In this document: one piece after another, positions 51,801-63,171 of the stretch | Position numbering within the stretch: position 1 is the stretch's first letter | Layout: each line of letters begins with the position of its first letter | Source of the DNA: Dendrobates tinctorius | Taxonomy: Eukaryota | Assembly (NCBI RefSeq): GCF_039654945.1 | Contig: NW_027361792.1 | Span: 1-64,000 of the forward strand | Direction: 5' to 3' | Length of the DNA stretch: 64,000 bases | Translations under genes and position numbers: made by a program | Notes under the pieces: model-generated | The model's database searches: none | What the model saw: only the letters and a program-made list of their open reading frames with translations | Told to the model about the DNA's origin: nothing

Positions 51801-54800
51801 TTGGGGCGGTGCAGGGAGATCATATTCATTACTTGCTGCCTCGGACTGACTGTCGCCTATTTTCTTTTTCTCTTTATTTGCAGTGATCACGCTACGGTGT
51901 ATGGTCCAGTTCATTGGAAGAGAGACCAAATATGAGTACGTGTCGTCCATAGTGCCACAAATCACATCCACCCTCGATGCCTGCCGGCAGAATTACTAAC
52001 CCTGTGTAATATATAGACATGCAATAATTTTGGCGCATCTCTACACATTTGTGTAATTTACACCACCTATTGGTTAGCGCTTAATGTTGGCATGCAGAAT
52101 TACATGTATAAGCCACAAGTGTGTGAAATACGCAGAATAATGTCGTATGGTGTGCTCTGATTAGTAAACCTCCTCCGGTGACTGTATCTATGTAAACCTC
52201 GCCTGTCACTCTATCTGTGTAATCCTGCATTGTCTGACCCAGACTATTACTCTCTTTCAGCGGGGTGTTCGGCTCCATCGTGACGATATACAGAGAAGAA
52301 GGAATCTTGGGATTTTTTGCGTAAGTTCTTCTATTGTGTCCATGTATGTGGTCCACCACCACCAGCTGGGATTATATGTACCAACAAGTAGAATGTAAAA
52401 TTCAAGATGCTTAAGCTCCAAAAATAACGGTGGTCACAGTAGAAGAAAAGGGAAGTTTGCTGGCACAACCATCCCGGATACAGTAAAAGTAATTCTTTAT
52501 TGGAAAAAAAAATGGTTCACAATATAAAAATAAAACTGTCAGGACCTGACGCTTGTGACTGGGAGCTTAGATCTACACAAGCACTATAGTGCCTGAATAA
52601 GAGTCTTTTATACACCAGAAACGCGTCAGGTCCTGAGGCTTCTATTTTTGTTAATCATTTTTTTCCAATAAAGAATTAATTTGACTATATCCTGGATGAT
52701 TGTGCCACGAACTTCCCTTTTCTGCTATTGTGCCTGTGATCACCAGTGGGTGCGGCGCCCTCTCCAGGCTGATATTCGTCTGCTCATCCACAGTGTGTGG
52801 TAAGCTCCACAATTCCTCTCCCTCGTCCTCTACTCTTCCTCCTAATGGCGGGTGCACCGGCCAGGTAAGTAGAGGGGCTGTCCAGCAGCCGCAAATCATG
52901 CAGATAAGACGAAAACTAAATCTCCGAGCACACCAAAATACTCGCAGGACACCCGAGCAACGAATATACTCGCTCATCACTACTGCTCAGTGGTAGAGGC
53001 GATGTCTGTACATTTAGGGGCGCTGCTTCTAGTTGTGGTCTTGTGAAAGCCCACCCTGTTTGGGGTCCAATTCCAGGACTGCTGATAATTATGGGGTCAT
53101 AGATGGACTGGTGAGAGCAGCGCGGTGATGTTCCCCGGCTCTGCAGCAGAAGTAGCAGAAAATGGGGAAGTCTATTATCCACAGACTTCCCCATACCTTA
53201 AGCCCTGTGGAAATCTTTTTGCTATTTTCACCCAAATTTTTCAAACACTGGTATTCTTGGATATTTTACCAACATTGTGCTCACGTCAGACGTAGTAATT
53301 GGTAGATTTGGGAATTGCACTATAAGCAGTTTCCTTAGAACTTCAGATCCCTGCTGCCGGTCCGCACGATGCAAGGGGGAGGGGGAGTGGGGAGGAGAAC
53401 GTCAGAAGTAGTAGTGATGATGGAGGCTGTCGGCATTCCTGTGCATTGGCTGGTGATGGGCCACGCTCAGACATCACCGATACTAAACGTGCACACCAGC
53501 CGTCACCTGAACATCTTCTCTTCCTTCCAGGGGTCTGATGCCCAGGCTACTCGGGGATGTGCTGTCCCTATGGATCTGCAACATGGTGGCCTTCCTGATC
53601 AACAAATACACCCTGGATAATCAGGTAATAGCGCCCACTGGGCCTTGTGGAGGGGATAAGTATTTTATAGCGCATTAGTAGCACCTCTTCTGACATGTGC
53701 TGCACATGGACGGCGGATGTAGGGAGCTTGCACCATACACGGTGGGCGCCGGCGTTATCCATTCAGCACCGGCCACCAGCAGCAGCGACTGGAGCCGATG
53801 CCAATTGCTGCTGTATGACCACTTGCTAGCCATCATCCCAGTGGGGTCATTGATTCTGTTATCGATCGGCCCCACAACATGATTGCAGGATGGTGATGGG
53901 CTGACATTGCAGCCGGGGACCTATCGTCACTGCCATGTTTGTGCTCGAACCTTCAGAGGTGGTGATACTGAAGTATCGTAATATATTATACAAGTGGTTA
54001 AGTGATTGCATCTTCCCTCTGGAGAATAAAAACAGGTAAATGGTAGTTAAATATTAATTATTAAAAAAAAATAATAATCTCCTTTCCCAAAACAAAAATA
54101 AAGAAAATAATCAAACGTGTTTTGAATGTACTATGAGAATTACTATAATGATTTAACCTTTTGATGGGAATGATTCATCATGGTTTTGCTCTCCCGTCAC
54201 AGAGTAGGATGATGTCGGGGCAGAGAGCCTGATTCCAGCAATATGTCGCTTGCTGCAGTTTTGATAAAAAAAATCCCTGTTTTCTCTGCAGTAGATGTAG
54301 CAGTGCTCAGAATAGTGAGTTGTGTATAACCCTGCCCACGCCACTGATGATCGGCTTTCTGCCTATGCACAATGTACAGTCATCGATAGGTGATATTTTA
54401 ACTATTCTGATATAATTGTGTGACAACTAAACCTTTATTTGTTCTTCTAGGCGGTGGGCGAGATGAAAAGCTATTCTCAGGCTGTGACTGGGGTGAGTGT
54501 ATTACCGGTGTACACCACGAGGCGGAGCTCTCCGTCTTGAGATCTCGCTATCCCAGAGCTTTAGAATAACGGCGTATTACCAATCTGTACTGCTATGGCT
54601 CCGTATATATGTGATAAGGTGCGTGTGGAGCGCTATATATCCTTAGCTTATACACCGCCGAGGCCGTGTGAAGCGCTATATATCCTGAGCTTATACACCG
54701 CCGAGGCCGTGTGAAGCGCTATATATCCTGAGCTTATACACCGCCGAGGCCGTGTGGAGCGCTATGTAGCCTGAGCTTATACACTGCTGAGGCCGCGTGG

Positions 54801-57800
54801 AGCGCTATATATCCTGAGCTTATACACCGCCGAGGCCGCGTGGAGCGCTATATATCCTGAGCTTATACACCGCTGAGGCCGCGTGGAGCGCTATATATCC
54901 TGAGCTTATACACCGCCGAGGCCGCGTGGAGCGCTATATATCCTGAGCTTATACACCGCTGAGGCCGCGTGGAGCGCTATATATCCTGAGCTTATACACC
55001 GCCGAGGCCGTGTGAAGCGCTATATATCCTGAGCTTATACACCGCTGAGGCCGCGTGGAGCGCTATATATCCTGAGCTTATACACTGCCGAGGCCGTGTG
55101 AAGCGCTATATATCCTGAGCTTATACACCGCCGAGGCCGTGTGGAGCGCTATGTAGCCTGAGCTTATACACTGCTGAGGCCGCGTGGAGCGCTATATATC
55201 CTGAGCTTATACACCGCCGAGGCCGCGTGGAGCGCTATATATCCTGAGCTTATACACCGCTGAGGCCGCGTGGAGCGCTATATATCCTGAGCTTATACAC
55301 CGCCGAGGCCGTGTGGAGCGCTATGTAGCCTGAGCTTATACACTGCTGAGGCCGCGTGGAGCGCTATACACCGCCGAGGCCGCGTGGAGCGCTATATATC
55401 CTGAGCTTATACACCGCCGAGGCCGTGTGGAGCGCTATATATCCTGAGCTTATACACCGCCGAGGCTGCGTGGAGCGCTATATATCCTGAACTTATACAC
55501 CGCCGAGGCCGTGTGGAGCGCTATATATCCTGAGCTTATACACCGCCGAGGCCGCGTGGAGCGCTATATATCCGGAGCTTATACACCGCCGAGGCCGCGT
55601 GGAGCGCTATATATCCTGAGCTTATACACCGCCGAGGCCGTGTGGAGCGCTATGTAGCCTGAGCTTATACACTGCTGAGGCCGCGTGGAGCGCTATATAT
55701 CCTGAGCTTATACACCGCCGAGGCCGCGTGAAGCGCTATATATCCTGAGCTTATACACCGCTGAGGCCGCGTGGAGCGCTATATATCCTGAGCTTATACA
55801 CCGCCGAGGCCGTGTGGAGCGCTATGTAGCCTGAGCTTATACACTGCTGAGGCCGCGTGGAGCGCTATATATCCTGAGCTTATACACCGCCGAGGCCGTG
55901 TGGAGCGCTATATATCCTGAGCTTATACACCGCCGAGGCTGCGTGGAGCGCTATATATCCTGAGCTTATACACCGCCGAGGCCGTGTGAAGCGCTATATA
56001 TCCTGAGCTTATACACCGCCGAGGCCGCGTGGAGCGCTATATATCCTGAACTTATACACCGCCGAGGCCGCGTGGAGCGCTATATATCCTGAGCTTATAC
56101 ACCGCCGAGGCCGCGTGGAGCGCTATATATCCTGAACTTATACACCGCCGAGGCCGCGTGGAGCGCTATATATCCTGAACTTATACACCGCCGAGGCCGT
56201 GTGGAGCGCTATATATCCTGAGCTTATACACCGCCGAGGCCGCGTGGAGCGCTATATATCCTGAGCTTATACACCGCCGAGGCCGTGTGAAGCGCTATAT
56301 ATCCTGAGCTTATACACCGCCGTGGCCGTGTGGAGCGCTATATATCCTGAGCTTATACACCGCCGAGGCCGCGTGAAGCGCTATATATCCTGAGCTTATA
56401 CACCGCTGAGGCCGCGTGGAGCGCTATATATCCTGAGCTTATACACCGCCGAGGCCGTGTGGAGCGCTATGTAGCCTGAGCTTATACACTGCTGAGGCCG
56501 CGTGGAGCGCTATACACCGCCGAGGCCGCGTGGAGCGCTATATATCCTGAGCTTATACACCGCCGAGGCCGTGTGGAGCGCTATATATCCTGAGCTTATA
56601 CACCGCCGAGGCTGCGTGGAGCGCTATATATCCTGAACTTATACACCGCCGAGGCCGTGTGGAGCGCTATATATCCTGAGCTTATACACCGCCGAGGCCG
56701 CGTGGAGCGCTATATATCCTGAGCTTATACACTGCCGAGGCCGCGTGGAGCGCTATATATCCTGAGCTTATACACCGCTGAGGCCGCGTGGAGCGCTATT
56801 TATCCTGAGCTTATACACCGCCGAGGCCGCGTGGAGCGCTATATATCCTGAACTTATACACCGCCGAGGCCGTGTGGAGCGCTATATATCCTGAGCTTAT
56901 ACACCGCCGAGGTCGCGTGGAGCGCTATATACGCTGAGCTTATACACCGCCGAGGCCGCGTGGAGCGCTGTATATCTTGAGCTTATACACCGCCGAGGCC
57001 GTGTGAAGCGCTATATATCCTGAGCTTATACACCGCCGAGGCCGTGTGAAGCGCTATATATCCTGAGCTTATACACCGCCGAGGCCGTGTGGAGCGCTAT
57101 ATATCCTGAGCTTATACACCGCCGAGGCCGCGTGGAGCGCTGTATATCTTGAGCTTATACACCGCCGAGGCCGTGTGAAGCGCTATATATCCTGAGCTTA
57201 TACACCGCCGAGGCCGTGTGAAGCGCTATATATCCTGAGCTTATACACCGCCGAGGCCGTGTGGAGCGCTATATATCCTGAGCTTATACACCGCCGAGGC
57301 CGCGTGGAGCGCTGTATATCTTGAGCTTATACACCGCCGAGGCCGTGTGAAGCGCTATATATCCTGAGCTTATACACCGCCGAGGCCGTGTGAAGCGCTA
57401 TATATCCTGAGCTTATACACCGCCGAGGCCGTGTGAAGCGCTATATATCCTGAGCTTATACACCGCCGAGGCCGTGTGAAGCGCTATATATCCTGAGCTT
57501 ATACACCGCCGAGGCCGTGTGGAGCGCTATATATCCTGAGCTTATACACCGCCGAGGCCGCGTGGAGCGCTGTATATCTTGAGCTTATACACCGCCGAGG
57601 CCGTGTGAAGCGCTATATATCCTGAGCTTATACACCGCCGAGGCCGTGTGAAGCGCTATATATCCTGAGCTTATACACCGCCGAGGCCGTGTGGAGCGCT
57701 ATATATCCTGAGCTTATACACCGCCGAGGCCGCGTGGAGCGCTGTATATCTTGAGCTTATACACCGCCGAGGCCGTGTGAAGCGCTATATATCCTGAGCT

Positions 57801-59327
57801 TATACACCGCCGAGGCCGTGTGAAGCGCTATATATCCTGAGCTTATACACCGCCGAGGCCGTGTGGAGCGCTATGTAGCCTGAGCTTATACACTGCTGAG
57901 GCCGCGTGGAGCGCTATACACCGCCGAGGCCGTGTGGAGCGCTATATATCCTGAGCTTATACACCGCCGAGGCCGCGTGGATGCGCTCATCTGTAATGTC
58001 TGGCAGTAACAAGGGTGACTTTCTCTACTCCATGGTCTTGTCTCTGCAGTTCCTGGCCAGCATGCTGACATATCCATTTGTCCTTGTGTCAAACCTGATG
58101 GCTGTGAATAACTGCGGGTGAGTATGGTCTGTGGAGGGAGCATGCTTTGTGGGGTTATCTGTCTGCAGGGGGAGCATGCTTTGCGGGGTTATCTGTCTGC
58201 AGGGGGAGCATGCCATGCGGGAGGAGTGTGCTCTGCTGGGTTTATCGATCTGTGGGGTTTTCCTCCTGCGGCTCGGCTGCGTACATCTTGTAACGGACTG
58301 ATGCTTGCGGTTCGCAGGCTCGCTGGCGGCTGCCTCCCCTACGCCCCCGTGTACTCTTCCTGGATGGATTGCTGGAGTCAGCTCAGCAAAGAGGTAAATG
58401 CATATTTTGGGTTTTATTTTCTTGGCTTCTACCTTCAGGTCCCATATACATTTTGAAAAGTCGCTTAACCTGTGAATTCTACCCCCGGAGTCATGTCAGG
58501 GGAGGTGAGGATCGGGTAGTTTTTGTTCTTGGGAAGCCCATGTGGTCTGCGTCGGGACCGGAAGTGATGAGAACTTGTTCTTCGGTCACGGGACTACTGG
58601 GGCCTGTGATTAGCTGCAGTGGGCAAATGACTGGAGCAGCATATCAGCACTGCAGCCAGTCACAGGCAGCAGCGGTCAGTTAATTAAAGGATGGGACCCT
58701 TTCTCTGCCAGTTTAAGCGGGGACCACAGGAGCGTCCTGCACTGAACCTACAGAGCTGACAGCTACTTAGTGCCGGATTTTATTATTTTTGCTTCACCTC
58801 TGCTAATGTGTTTTTTTTAGAGCCTAAACTTCCTTATGCGATTGTGGCTAAAAACAATCAGATTTACAATAGGATTTAATAACAGATGTGATAGTATTTC
58901 TCTTCTGCATCCTCTATGTATCACTGTACATAGACTGAAGAATGAGTTACCAGTGATCTGTCAGGTTAAGAGGGAGAAAGGTCTGATGCGATACCAAGAG
59001 GATGTAGAAGACGTAAAACATCTGTAAGGAAACATTATCAGAAAAATAATTATTAGCTAGAAAGATCTGCACTAAAATATATATTAAATGCCATCAGAGG
59101 TGTTAGACCCTCCTCACCCAAAATGCAGGGGGTGTATCTGTATAACTCTGGGGGGGGGGTTGGGCATCTGTATGCCCCATGAGGGGGGTCTGTATACTGG
59201 GGGGGCGTATATTCGTTCTGACCTTTTTGTTGTTTTTTAGGGAAACGCTAATAGGGGAAACAGCCTGTTTTTCCGCAAGGTTCCTGCTGGAAAGAGCTAT
59301 GTCTATGAACAGAAGAGATTTTATTAA
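39822..59327 (+). CDS. MTCH2: Mitochondrial carrier homolog 2 (outer-membrane SLC25-like protein/insertase); 13 exons, 296 aa
   Basis: Exons: 39822-39908 ([29 protein letters not shown]), 49002-49086, 49450-49556, 51132-51152, 51513-51566, 51653-51710, 51884-51935, 52261-52320, 53531-53624, 54451-54492, 58050-58117, 58318-58393, 59241-59327 ([28 protein letters not shown]). Total 891 nt, all GT-AG, continuous frame. Confidence 0.96.
41190..41420. repeat. Short tandem repeat (TAATGTCCTCAGGTTT + poly-C)
   Basis: About 8 copies with variable C-runs. Confidence 0.8.
42027..42386. repeat. Minisatellite, 36-bp unit (TGTGCCCGGGAGCCGTCGCTCTCTCTCTGCGCTATC)
   Basis: About 10 nearly identical copies. 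Confidence 0.95.
42828..43314 (+). mobile_element. CR1 LINE 3' fragment, same family as 2455-4030
   Basis: VQKRATRMV...[15 protein letters not shown] followed by an ATTCTATGATTCTAT tail; near-identical to the reverse complement of 2455-2880. The CR1 match proper begins near 42870. Confidence 0.92.
43421..43462 (+). ncRNA. Degenerate minimal hammerhead ribozyme (Penelope-type) relic
   Basis: CTGATGA-A-GCCAC-CAGTCTT-GTGGC-GAAAC-GTGTG: both core boxes and a 5-bp stem II are intact; the cleavage triplet and stem III are mutated. Confidence 0.55.
44660..45165. repeat. Minisatellite, 60-bp unit
   Basis: GTGCGTCGTGGCCTCCTGGGCCGTGCATCTAATCCCATCATGTGCATCTAATCTCATCCT repeated about 8 times. Confidence 0.93.
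45669..46307 (-). CDS. Secreted phospholipase A2, group X-like (group I/II/V/X fold), single coding exon, 212 aa, nested antisense in MTCH2 intron 1
   Basis: Signal peptide [21 protein letters not shown]; propeptide ending RQRR; mature N-terminus GVLDL; Ca2+ loop YGCYCGTGG; active site [11 protein letters not shown]; CECD catalytic Asp; 16 Cys in the mature domain; uninterrupted ORF. The upstream ATG at 46412 in the ORF track lies within a predicted 5'-UTR intron. Confidence 0.88.
   Translation of the reverse strand: MYKLLLFLLVYACHLQYWTCGSGAPARQRRGVLDLVVTLWCYRDRLKVPLLGINLYGCYCGTGGAGEAVDDVDRCCLRHDCCYRYSRIDLRCHSKVKWQLYQFSCGPAHTQCHSSTLCGRMACECDKQFAECLTKAKPKRRHFFYNKKDLCVGPHDVCPELHPNLTAISERIQNPRPPELGPVKSRKRRWRRRKKAAKEEQRNNVGRSALWI
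46338..46437 (-). other. Predicted 100-nt 5'-UTR intron of the nested PLA2 gene
   Basis: On the - strand: donor CAG|GTCAGG at 46437, branch point CACTAAC at 46369-46363, acceptor TGTGTCTCCGCAG| at 46338, 30 nt before the signal-peptide ATG. Confidence 0.65.
46573..46580 (-). promoter_or_regulatory. TATA box (TATATAAA) of the nested PLA2 gene
   Basis: Consensus TATAWAW on the - strand about 135 nt upstream of the predicted donor, which would place the TSS near 46545. Confidence 0.55.
46998..47392. mobile_element. Short fold-back element (~120-bp inverted arms, ~150-bp spacer)
   Basis: Arms ~47001-47121 and ~47272-47391 are reverse complements; the same peptide [26 protein letters not shown] appears on both strands in the ORF track. 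Confidence 0.65.
47520..48030. repeat. Minisatellite (CCCTCACTACCCGTAGAGGGGGGCATAGACCCGCCC, ~38-40 bp)
   Basis: Tandem, partly degenerate copies. Confidence 0.85.
49850..50680. repeat. Minisatellite, 29-bp unit (ACGGTGGGGTTGCCCGCCTGATGCGCCGC)
   Basis: About 28 copies with a polar switch to a GGGTGGC variant at ~50420. Confidence 0.96.
50758..50935 (-). mobile_element. L2/SINE-like 3' tail fragment
   Basis: (TAA)n followed by TTTATTTATATAGCGCCAACATATTCCGCAGC...; resembles the L2-type tails elsewhere in the window. Confidence 0.5.
52430..52745. mobile_element. Degenerate fold-back element with a hammerhead-like 3' half
   Basis: Imperfect inverted arms ~52432-52552 and ~52623-52744; CCTGAATAAG...GAAACGCGTCAGG at ~52592-52630. 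Confidence 0.55.
54620..57980. repeat. Minisatellite, 43-bp unit (CCGCCGAGGCCGCGTGGAGCGCTATATATCCTGAGCTTATACA), ~3.4 kb, MTCH2 intron 10
   Basis: About 78 copies with recurring variant patterns (higher-order structure). Confidence 0.97.
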
Positions 59328-59430
59328 CATGTGACCCCTGCCTGCACCTGCCGCGTTTCACTCTTCGGGGGATCGGGGAGAGTTTAATTTGTACACATTT
59401 TGTTTACGATTCAATTTAATTTTCCTTTTT

Positions 59431-59436
59431 AATAAA
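59431..59436 (+). terminator. MTCH2 polyadenylation signal AATAAA
   Basis: About 100 nt after the stop codon. Confidence 0.7.
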
Positions 59437-59464
59437 CGTTCATTATGTACAGATCAAAACCTTG

Positions 59465-60790
59465 ACACGGCGGCCATCATTTCTCCGGTGACCCACGGGA
59501 CCGTGCCACGGCGGCCATCATTCCTCCGGTGACCCACGGGGCCGTGCCACGGCGGCCATCGTTCCTCAGTGACCCACGGGACTGTGACAGGGCGGCCATC
59601 GTTCCTCAGTGACCCACGGGACTGTGACAGGGCGGCCATCGTTCCTAAGTGACCCACCACGGGACTGTGACAGGGCGGCCATCGTTCCTCAGTGACCCAC
59701 GGGACTGTGACAGGGCGGCCATCGTTCCTCAGTGACCCACGGGACTGTGACAGGGCGGCCATCGTTCCTCAGTGACCCACGGGACTGTGACAGGGCGGCC
59801 ATCGTTCCTCAGTGACCCACGGGACTGTGACAGGGCGGCCATCGTTCCTCAGTGACCCACGGGACTGTGACAGGGCGGCCATCGTTCCTCAGTGACCCAC
59901 GGGACTGTGACAGGGCGGCCATCGTTCCTCAGTGACCCACGGGACTGTGACAGGGCGGCCATCGTTCCTCAGTGACCCACGGGACTGTGACAGGGCGGCC
60001 ATCGTTCCTCAGTGACCCACGGGACTGTGACAGGGCGGCCATCGTTCCTCCAGTGACCCACGGGACTGTGACAGGGCGGCCATCGTTCCTCCGGTGACCC
60101 ACGGGACTGTGACAGGGCGGCCATCGTTCCTCCGGTGACCCACGGGACTGTGACAGGGCGGCCATCGTTCCTCCGGTGACCCACGGGACTGTGACAGGGC
60201 GGCCATCGTTCCTCCGGTGACCCACGGGACTGTGACAGGGCGGCCATCGTTCCTCCGGTGACCCACGGGACTGTGACAGGGCGGCCATCGTTCCTCCGGT
60301 GACCCACGGGACTGTGACAGGGCGGCCATCGTTCCTCCGGTGACCCACGGGACTGTGACAGGGCGGCCATCGTTCCTCCGGTGACCCACGGGACTGTGAC
60401 AGGGCGGCCATCGTTCCTCCGGTGACCCACGGGACTGTGACAGGGCGGCCATCGTTCCTCCGGTGACCCACGGGACTGTGACAGGGCGGCCATCGTTCCT
60501 CCGGTGACCCACGGGACTGTGACAGGGCGGCCATCGTTCCTCCGGTGACCCACGGGACTGTGACAGGGCGGCCATCGTTCCTCAGTGACCCACGGGACTG
60601 TGACAGGGCGGCCATCGTTCCTCCGGTGACCCACGGGACTGTGACAGGGCGGCCATCGTTCCTCCGGTGACCCACGGGACTGTGACAGGGCGGCCATCGT
60701 TCCTCCGGTGACCCACGGGACTGTGACAGGGCGGCCATCGTTCCTCCGGTGACTCACGGGACCGTGGCAGGGCGACAATCATTCCTCCGG
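59465..60790. repeat. Minisatellite, 40-41 bp unit (GTGACCCACGGGACTGTGACAGGGCGGCCATCGTTCCTCC), degenerating to ~61030
   Basis: Tandem copies directly downstream of MTCH2. Confidence 0.96.
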
Positions 60791-61377
60791 GGACTCACCC
60801 GCTCTTGCAGTGCACCCATCATTCCTCTAGGGAACTTGGTAGGGCGGCCATAATTCCTCTGTTGACCCTCTGGCAGGGCGGCCATCATTCCTCTGGTGAC
60901 CCACCGGCTCTGTGACATGTTAGCTGCCGTTCCTCCGGTGACCCGCTGGCTCTCCTACAAGGGCGGTCATCGTTCCTCCTGTGACCCACCAGCTCTGACA
61001 GGGCGGCCATTGTTCCATCGGTGACCCAAGCAATACAATGCCTGCTTGCTGCTGCATTATTGGGTGCAGATGCAGCTGCTGATCTCCCACTGTCGCCCAC
61101 TTGTGCAGCGATATTGGGGCGTCCCGTAATGCACAAATATTCCTGTACAAGTGACGCCTGTCGTTGCCACCACTTCTCGTTACACAACTACCTTCCATCA
61201 TGGGAAACAGAAAATCCCAGAGAGCAAATATGTTAAGTAATGAAGCGCTGATTACAAGGACCCCGTGAGGGAATGTTCACACCAGGCAGATTTTTCGTCC
61301 AGATCTACAGGCAGAACAAAAACTGTCTGTAAGACAATTTGACCCGTGGAGCAGATTCCACATGTGAAACCCGGTCA

Positions 61378-62410
61378 TAGGCTCAGTCCTCGGACCCCTA
61401 CTCTTCTCCATTTACACCTTTGGCCATTTACACCTACAGCTCATAGAATCCCACGGTTTGCAGTACCACCTCTATGCCGATGACACGCAGATCTACCTAT
61501 CTGGACCCGACCTCGCCTCCTTACTGACTGACATCCCACAATGTCTGTCCGCTATCTCAGCCTTCTTCTCTGCTCGCTTTCTCAAACTGAACATGGACAA
61601 AACAGAATTCATCATCTTTCCCCCATCTCACTCTACCCCTCCACCAGACCTATCCATCAATGTCAACGGCTGCTCTCTTCCCCAGTCCTGCACGCTCATT
61701 CCTCAACCACAAAAACACTAGTGCACGCCCTTATCTCCCGCCTCGACTACTGCCACCTCCTACTCTCTGGTCTCCCCTCTAGCACTCTGACTCCGCTCCA
61801 GTCCATCCTACACTCTGCTGCCCGACTAATCCACCTGTCTCCCTGCTATTCCCCTGCCTCCCTCCTATTCCAGGCCCTTCACTGGCTTCCTATTACCCAG
61901 AGGCTCCAATTCAAAACCCTAACCATGACATACAAAGCCATCCACAACCTGTCTCCTCCATACATCTGTGACATGGTCTCTAGGTACCTACGCGCACGCA
62001 ACCTTCGATCGTCCCAAGATCTCCTTCTCTACTCCCCCCTTATCTCTTCTTCCCACAACCGCATACAAGACTTCTCCCGTGCTTCCCCCATACTCTGGAA
62101 CTCCCTGCTGCAACACATCAGACTCTCACCATCAACGGAAACCTTCAAGAAGAACCTGAAGACCCACCTGTTCCGACAAGCCTACAGCCTGCAATGATAC
62201 TCGGTCTTCTGAACCACCGCACGACCTGCTCTACCCTCTCCTACTGTATCCTCACCCATCCCTGTAGACTGTGAGCCCTCGCGGGCAGGGTCCTCTCTCC
62301 TCCTGTACTTGTGTGTCCCTTGTCTTACACATGTTTATTATACTTGTCTATATTTCCCCTTTTCACAGGTAAAGCGCCATGGAATAAATGGCGCTATATA
62401 AATGCATAAT
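61378..62410 (+). mobile_element. 5'-truncated L2-clade LINE (RT C-terminal part plus 3' UTR)
   Basis: [39 protein letters not shown] and FKKNLKTHLF across frameshifted ORFs 61458..61721 and 61541..62197; tail AAAGCGCCATGGAATAAATGGCGCTATAT. Confidence 0.9.
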
Positions 62411-63171
62411 AGTAATTTCTGCTGCAGATTTCCTACTTTGCAGGTGCTGATTTTGGTGCAGATTTGCTGCGGTTTTATCATTTGCGTTGCAGTTTGTGTG
62501 GATTTTTGCATGTGTGTCACATGCTGTTTGGATCCTGGGATTATCCAGTATTAGAAAATAGGGTCGGCTTTGCTTTTTTTTCGGAACAGGGCGCCTCTCT
62601 TATCCACAGGCCGTGTCTGGTATTGCAGTCCATTTCACAGTGCAATGATGACCTAGATCATAAAACTAGCCACAGGAGGCCGTTCTCTAAAGGCTGTGGA
62701 ATATAGGGTCATCCCTGTGACATACACTTTTACTTCTGGGGGGGTTTATGGGACGTTCTAATGTCTTTAATGCAAATTTAAGCTCTAGTCTTTCCTTTAA
62801 AACTGCCTGAACACCTGACGGCTCTCAATAATGGGAGCCTGCCAGCAGGAGGAGAGATGCGGATTGGTGCAAAGGCTTCTGGGAAGAGATTGCATTCAAT
62901 CCTCTGCTAGTTCTTGGCTCAGGAGTCCAGTGGGCGGTCCCAATATCTGCATATACACATGTATATGTAGGACCACCAACTGGACCCCTAAGCCGTGGAA
63001 AGTCAGGGATGTGAATTGATAGAAGGCAATGCTTCTGAATGTTATCCCACAAGACTAGAGATCAGTTTCTCAGGCTGCAGTTTGGACAGAATTTACGTGA
63101 AAGTTAAAAGTGATGACCGGCCAATCAAAAAATAATTTTCCGGATTCTCTGCCTCTAAACACAGAGAATGA

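Noticed and set aside
59325-59345. MTCH2 stop-codon read-through signal
   Set aside because: The stop is TAA followed by CATG, not a leaky TGA-CTAG context, and an in-frame TGA follows within 3 codons.
54620-60790. CRISPR-like regular repeats
   Set aside because: Head-to-tail units with no unique spacers, no cas genes and a vertebrate intron/exon context.
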